Origin: Syntrophales bacterium
Lineage (GTDB): Bacteria > Desulfobacterota > Syntrophia > Syntrophales > UBA2210
Direction: 5' to 3'
Assembly: GCA_963666365.2 (NCBI GenBank)
Contig: CAXXNF010000002.1
Coordinates: 2,368,001 to 2,432,000, forward strand
DNA length: 64,000 nucleotides
Shown: in pieces, positions 61,378-64,000 of the stretch
Layout of the letters: every line of letters starts with the position of its first letter
How positions within the stretch are numbered: position 1 is the first letter of the stretch
Notes under the pieces: generated by a model
Seen by the model: only the letters and a program-made list of their open reading frames with translations
What the model was told of the DNA's origin: nothing
Database searches by the model: none
Translations under genes and position numbers: made by a program

Positions 61378-63147
61378 ATGAGACGCTACTTTGAAAAGAT
61401 GGATGATCTGGGCAAACCGATACGGCCGGCGCAGATCGAACGGATGAAGGCAAACATCGCCCAGATCGAAGAAGTGATGCGAGAGATCGACGGAGAGGCC
61501 GAACGGATTAAAAACGTAGGAATCTCGGACGAAGTGATGCACAAACGGGGAACAATGACCGTCTGGGAGAGAATCGAATATCTCGTTGACCCGGGAACGT
61601 TTTGTCCTCTTCACACGATTTTCGACCCGGGACGGGAGGAGTCGGGAAGCACGGGGGTGGTGGACGGCCTCGCCAGAATCGGCGGCAAATGGTGCGTGCT
61701 GATCGGATTCAACAATAAGTGGATCGCCGGCGCCTGGATCGCCGGACAGGCCGAAAACAATCTGAGGGTCACCGATATCGCCAAGATCATGCATCTCCCC
61801 CTGGTGTGGCTGGTCAACTGCTCCGGCGTCAAGCTGCCGGAACAGGAAAAGGTCTATGCCAACAGAAGAGGCCAGGGCACCTGTTTCTTCCGGCATGCCG
61901 AATTGGAGCAGATGGGCATCCCGGTCATCGCGGGCATCTATGGAACCAATCCTGCGGGCGGCGGCTACCAGGGCATCAGCCCCACTATTCTTCTGGCCCA
62001 CAAGGATGCAAATATCGCCGTGGGCGGGGGAGGTATCGTCAGCGGCATGAGCCCCAAGGGATTTTTCGATGAAGAGGGCGCCGAGCAGCTCATCGAAGCA
62101 ACCCGGCATTTCAAGGCCGAGCCGCCGGGAAGCACGAAGATTCATTATGACGAAACGGGCTTCTTCACCGCCGTATTCGAAAAGGAAACGGAGGTGCTTG
62201 ACGCCATTAAAGGCTACATGGCCGACATGCCGGCTTATAATTCCCGCTTCTTCAGAGTGGCCGCGCCGGCGGAACCGAAGTATGCACCCTCGGAAATTGC
62301 CTCCCTTATCCCCATGAATCAGAAAGCCGTCTATGATTTCGAAAACGTCCTGGCGCGGCTGGTCGACAATTCGGAGCACCTTGAATTCAGGCCCGATTTC
62401 GGTCCCGAAATGTATACGGGCCTCGTGAAAATCGACGGCTATTTAGTGGGCGTGATCGGCAACCGCCAGGGACTCCTGCCCGACTATCCCGAATACACCA
62501 ACGAATATATCGGCGTCGGAGGAAAGCTGTATCGCCAGGGGCTGATCAAGATGAGCGAATTCGTCACCCACTGCGGACGTGATCGTGTACCCATCGTCTG
62601 GTTCCAAGACACCTCGGGCATCGATGTGGGCGATACCGCTGAAAAGGCCGAACTGCTGGGGCTTGGGCAATCCCTCATTTACTCGATCGAACAGACGGAA
62701 CTGCCCATGATGCTGGTGGTACTGCGGAAGGGAACGGCGGCGGCCCATTACGTGCTGGGAGGTCCCACGGCCAATAACAACAATGCCTTCACTCTGGGAA
62801 CGCCGGCGACGGAAATTTACGTCATGCATGGTGAAACGGCGGCGGCGGCCAGTTACTCGCGGAGACTCGTCAAGGAGAAGGACGCGGGCCGCCCTCTGGG
62901 ACCGATCATCGAAAAGATGAACGAAATGGTCGCCCATTACCGCGATACCTCTGGTCCGCTTTTCTGCGCCAAAGAGGGATTTGTTGACGAGATCATACGC
63001 TTTGAAGCGATGAGAAAGTACATGGTGGCCTTTGCGAACGGCGTATACCAGAACCCGCGATCGATATGCCCCCGCCATCACATGCTGCTGCCGCGACTGA
63101 TACGTTCGCAGATCGTGAAAGGGCTTAATCGCCCTGCAGCGGAATAA
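61378..63147 (+). CDS. gcdA: Glutaconyl-CoA decarboxylase alpha (carboxyltransferase) subunit
   Basis: NCSGVKL, GTNPAGGGY, GKLYRQGL.K, QDTSGIDVG, RKGTAAAHY, VMHGETAA, YQNPRSICP. Confidence 0.93.
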   Translation: MRRYFEKMDDLGKPIRPAQIERMKANIAQIEEVMREIDGEAERIKNVGISDEVMHKRGTMTVWERIEYLVDPGTFCPLHTIFDPGREESGSTGVVDGLARIGGKWCVLIGFNNKWIAGAWIAGQAENNLRVTDIAKIMHLPLVWLVNCSGVKLPEQEKVYANRRGQGTCFFRHAELEQMGIPVIAGIYGTNPAGGGYQGISPTILLAHKDANIAVGGGGIVSGMSPKGFFDEEGAEQLIEATRHFKAEPPGSTKIHYDETGFFTAVFEKETEVLDAIKGYMADMPAYNSRFFRVAAPAEPKYAPSEIASLIPMNQKAVYDFENVLARLVDNSEHLEFRPDFGPEMYTGLVKIDGYLVGVIGNRQGLLPDYPEYTNEYIGVGGKLYRQGLIKMSEFVTHCGRDRVPIVWFQDTSGIDVGDTAEKAELLGLGQSLIYSIEQTELPMMLVVLRKGTAAAHYVLGGPTANNNNAFTLGTPATEIYVMHGETAAAASYSRRLVKEKDAGRPLGPIIEKMNEMVAHYRDTSGPLFCAKEGFVDEIIRFEAMRKYMVAFANGVYQNPRSICPRHHMLLPRLIRSQIVKGLNRPAAE

Positions 63148-63175
63148 CAGAAAAAACAGAGGCAAGAGACGGAAA

Positions 63176-63262
63176 TCACCCTCTCACCTCGAGGGGAGAG
63201 GGTGGGGAAGAGGGGTGAGAAATTCCCCTCCCCTTCATCCCCTCCCACCGGGGGAGGGGAAC
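63176..63262. repeat. CCCTCTC...GAGAGGG REP-like palindromes between convergent gcdA and biotin carrier
   Basis: CCCTCTCACCTCGAGGGGAGAGGG and CCCCTCCCACCGGGGGAGGGG; related to 15572-15675. Confidence 0.7.
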
Positions 63263-63298
63263 AAGACTTTGTAGGGGATCATCACATTTGGAAAGCCA

Positions 63299-63514
63299 TT
63301 ATTCCAGAATCATCAGCACCTGGTCCGCTTCCACGGAGTCTTTTACCTTTACTTTAATTTCCTTCACCGTTCCATCGGCGGGCGCATAAATGGGGTTTTC
63401 CATTTTCATGGCTTCAAGGATCAAAAGCTCATCGTCTTCCTTCACCGCATCGCCCACATTTACCATAATTTCCAATATGTTCCCCGGCATGGGGGCACAG
63501 ACATCTACGCTCAT
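63299..63514 (-). CDS. Biotin carboxyl carrier protein (GcdC-like)
   Basis: APMPG, LEAMKMEN biotinylation motif; AGGAGG SD. Confidence 0.95.
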   Translation of the reverse strand: MSVDVCAPMPGNILEIMVNVGDAVKEDDELLILEAMKMENPIYAPADGTVKEIKVKVKDSVEADQVLMILE

Positions 63515-63633
63515 CTCACAACCTCCTGATTTTTTAAATGCATTATTTCTTCTTATCGGACAGACCGACCTTCAATTCCCCAAAAACTCACAGGCACATT
63601 TGAGCGCTTGCCGCTTCACTTCACGTGTGGCGC

Positions 63634-63662
63634 ATACTACCTCGCCACTGTGCTTCCGTCAA
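63634..63662 (-). promoter_or_regulatory. Sigma70-type promoter for biotin carrier gene
   Basis: Minus strand TTGACG (63662-63657), 17 bp, TAGTAT (63639-63634). Confidence 0.55.
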
Positions 63663-63690
63663 GAAGATAGTGAATGATCTTTTTTCAGGT

Positions 63691-63975
63691 TTATTGCAGC
63701 CTGTCAACACTGCTGTTATGCGTCCAATACCATTGGAAGCCCTCTTCGAGGGCGCCTTTTTTTATCTGCCCCCTTTCGATAAAGCTTCCTATCGTTTTCG
63801 TGACCAGATTCGGATCGCAGCCGGTCCTCTCGGCAATTTTCCTGGACAGGACATCGGCGGGATCATCGGCCGCCTTCCCTGTCTCATCGGAGATAATGCG
63901 CCCGCATTCTTCGATCAGGTCTTCCGATAATATACGAAACACGATCTCGGTTCGAAGCTGACCTTCCGTGCTCAT
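63691..63975 (-). CDS. Hypothetical protein (may extend beyond the window edge)
   Basis: 94-aa ORF; frame stays open to position 64000; no recognised motif. Confidence 0.5.
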   Translation of the reverse strand: MSTEGQLRTEIVFRILSEDLIEECGRIISDETGKAADDPADVLSRKIAERTGCDPNLVTKTIGSFIERGQIKKGALEEGFQWYWTHNSSVDRLQ

Positions 63976-64000
63976 ATTTTCCAGCGGTGTATTGGTTCCC

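Noticed and set aside
54547..62379. Long opposite-strand ORFs (54547..56013, 58634..60079, 61177..62379)
   Set aside because: Antisense shadows of well-supported enzymes.

Overview
Chromosomal segment of an anaerobic bacterium. Gene order and protein style suggest Desulfobacterota, probably Syntrophales-like (inference). (1) 1-10.9 kb: the 5' part of one giant minus-strand gene that the ORF track missed because it has no stop in the window. It encodes >=3,637 aa with an N-terminal LEPR-XLL motif, a PPC-like domain, about 24 CARDB-like repeats and a LamG-like domain. (2) 11-37 kb: mostly housekeeping genes: acyl-CoA ligase, fbp/aldolase, metG, PSP1, holB, tmk, ferredoxin, ispH-UbiA fusion, tlyA, dxs, ispA, xseBA, rpoD, dnaG, yqeY, HIT and hisA/B/G/I, with several palindromic intergenic repeat families. 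(3) 37-64 kb: a TRAP transporter and a large CoA-ester catabolic region (acyl-CoA dehydrogenases, three thiolase-fold genes, crotonase, 3-hydroxyacyl-CoA dehydrogenase, 4-hydroxybutyryl-CoA-dehydratase-like enzyme, methylmalonyl-CoA mutase/MeaB/epimerase/carboxyltransferase, PAS-LuxR regulator), divergent from a glutaryl-CoA dehydrogenase plus ion-translocating glutaconyl-CoA decarboxylase locus. The most unusual signals are: an RpoD whose region 4.2 (-35 recognition helix) is rewritten while region 2 is intact; a decarboxylase beta subunit with Glu at the catalytic Asp and a lysine-less lipoyl-like insertion; a coupled active/degenerate thiolase pair; and a motif-eroded half acyl-CoA ligase. 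I recognised no rRNA, tRNA, CRISPR array or transposase.
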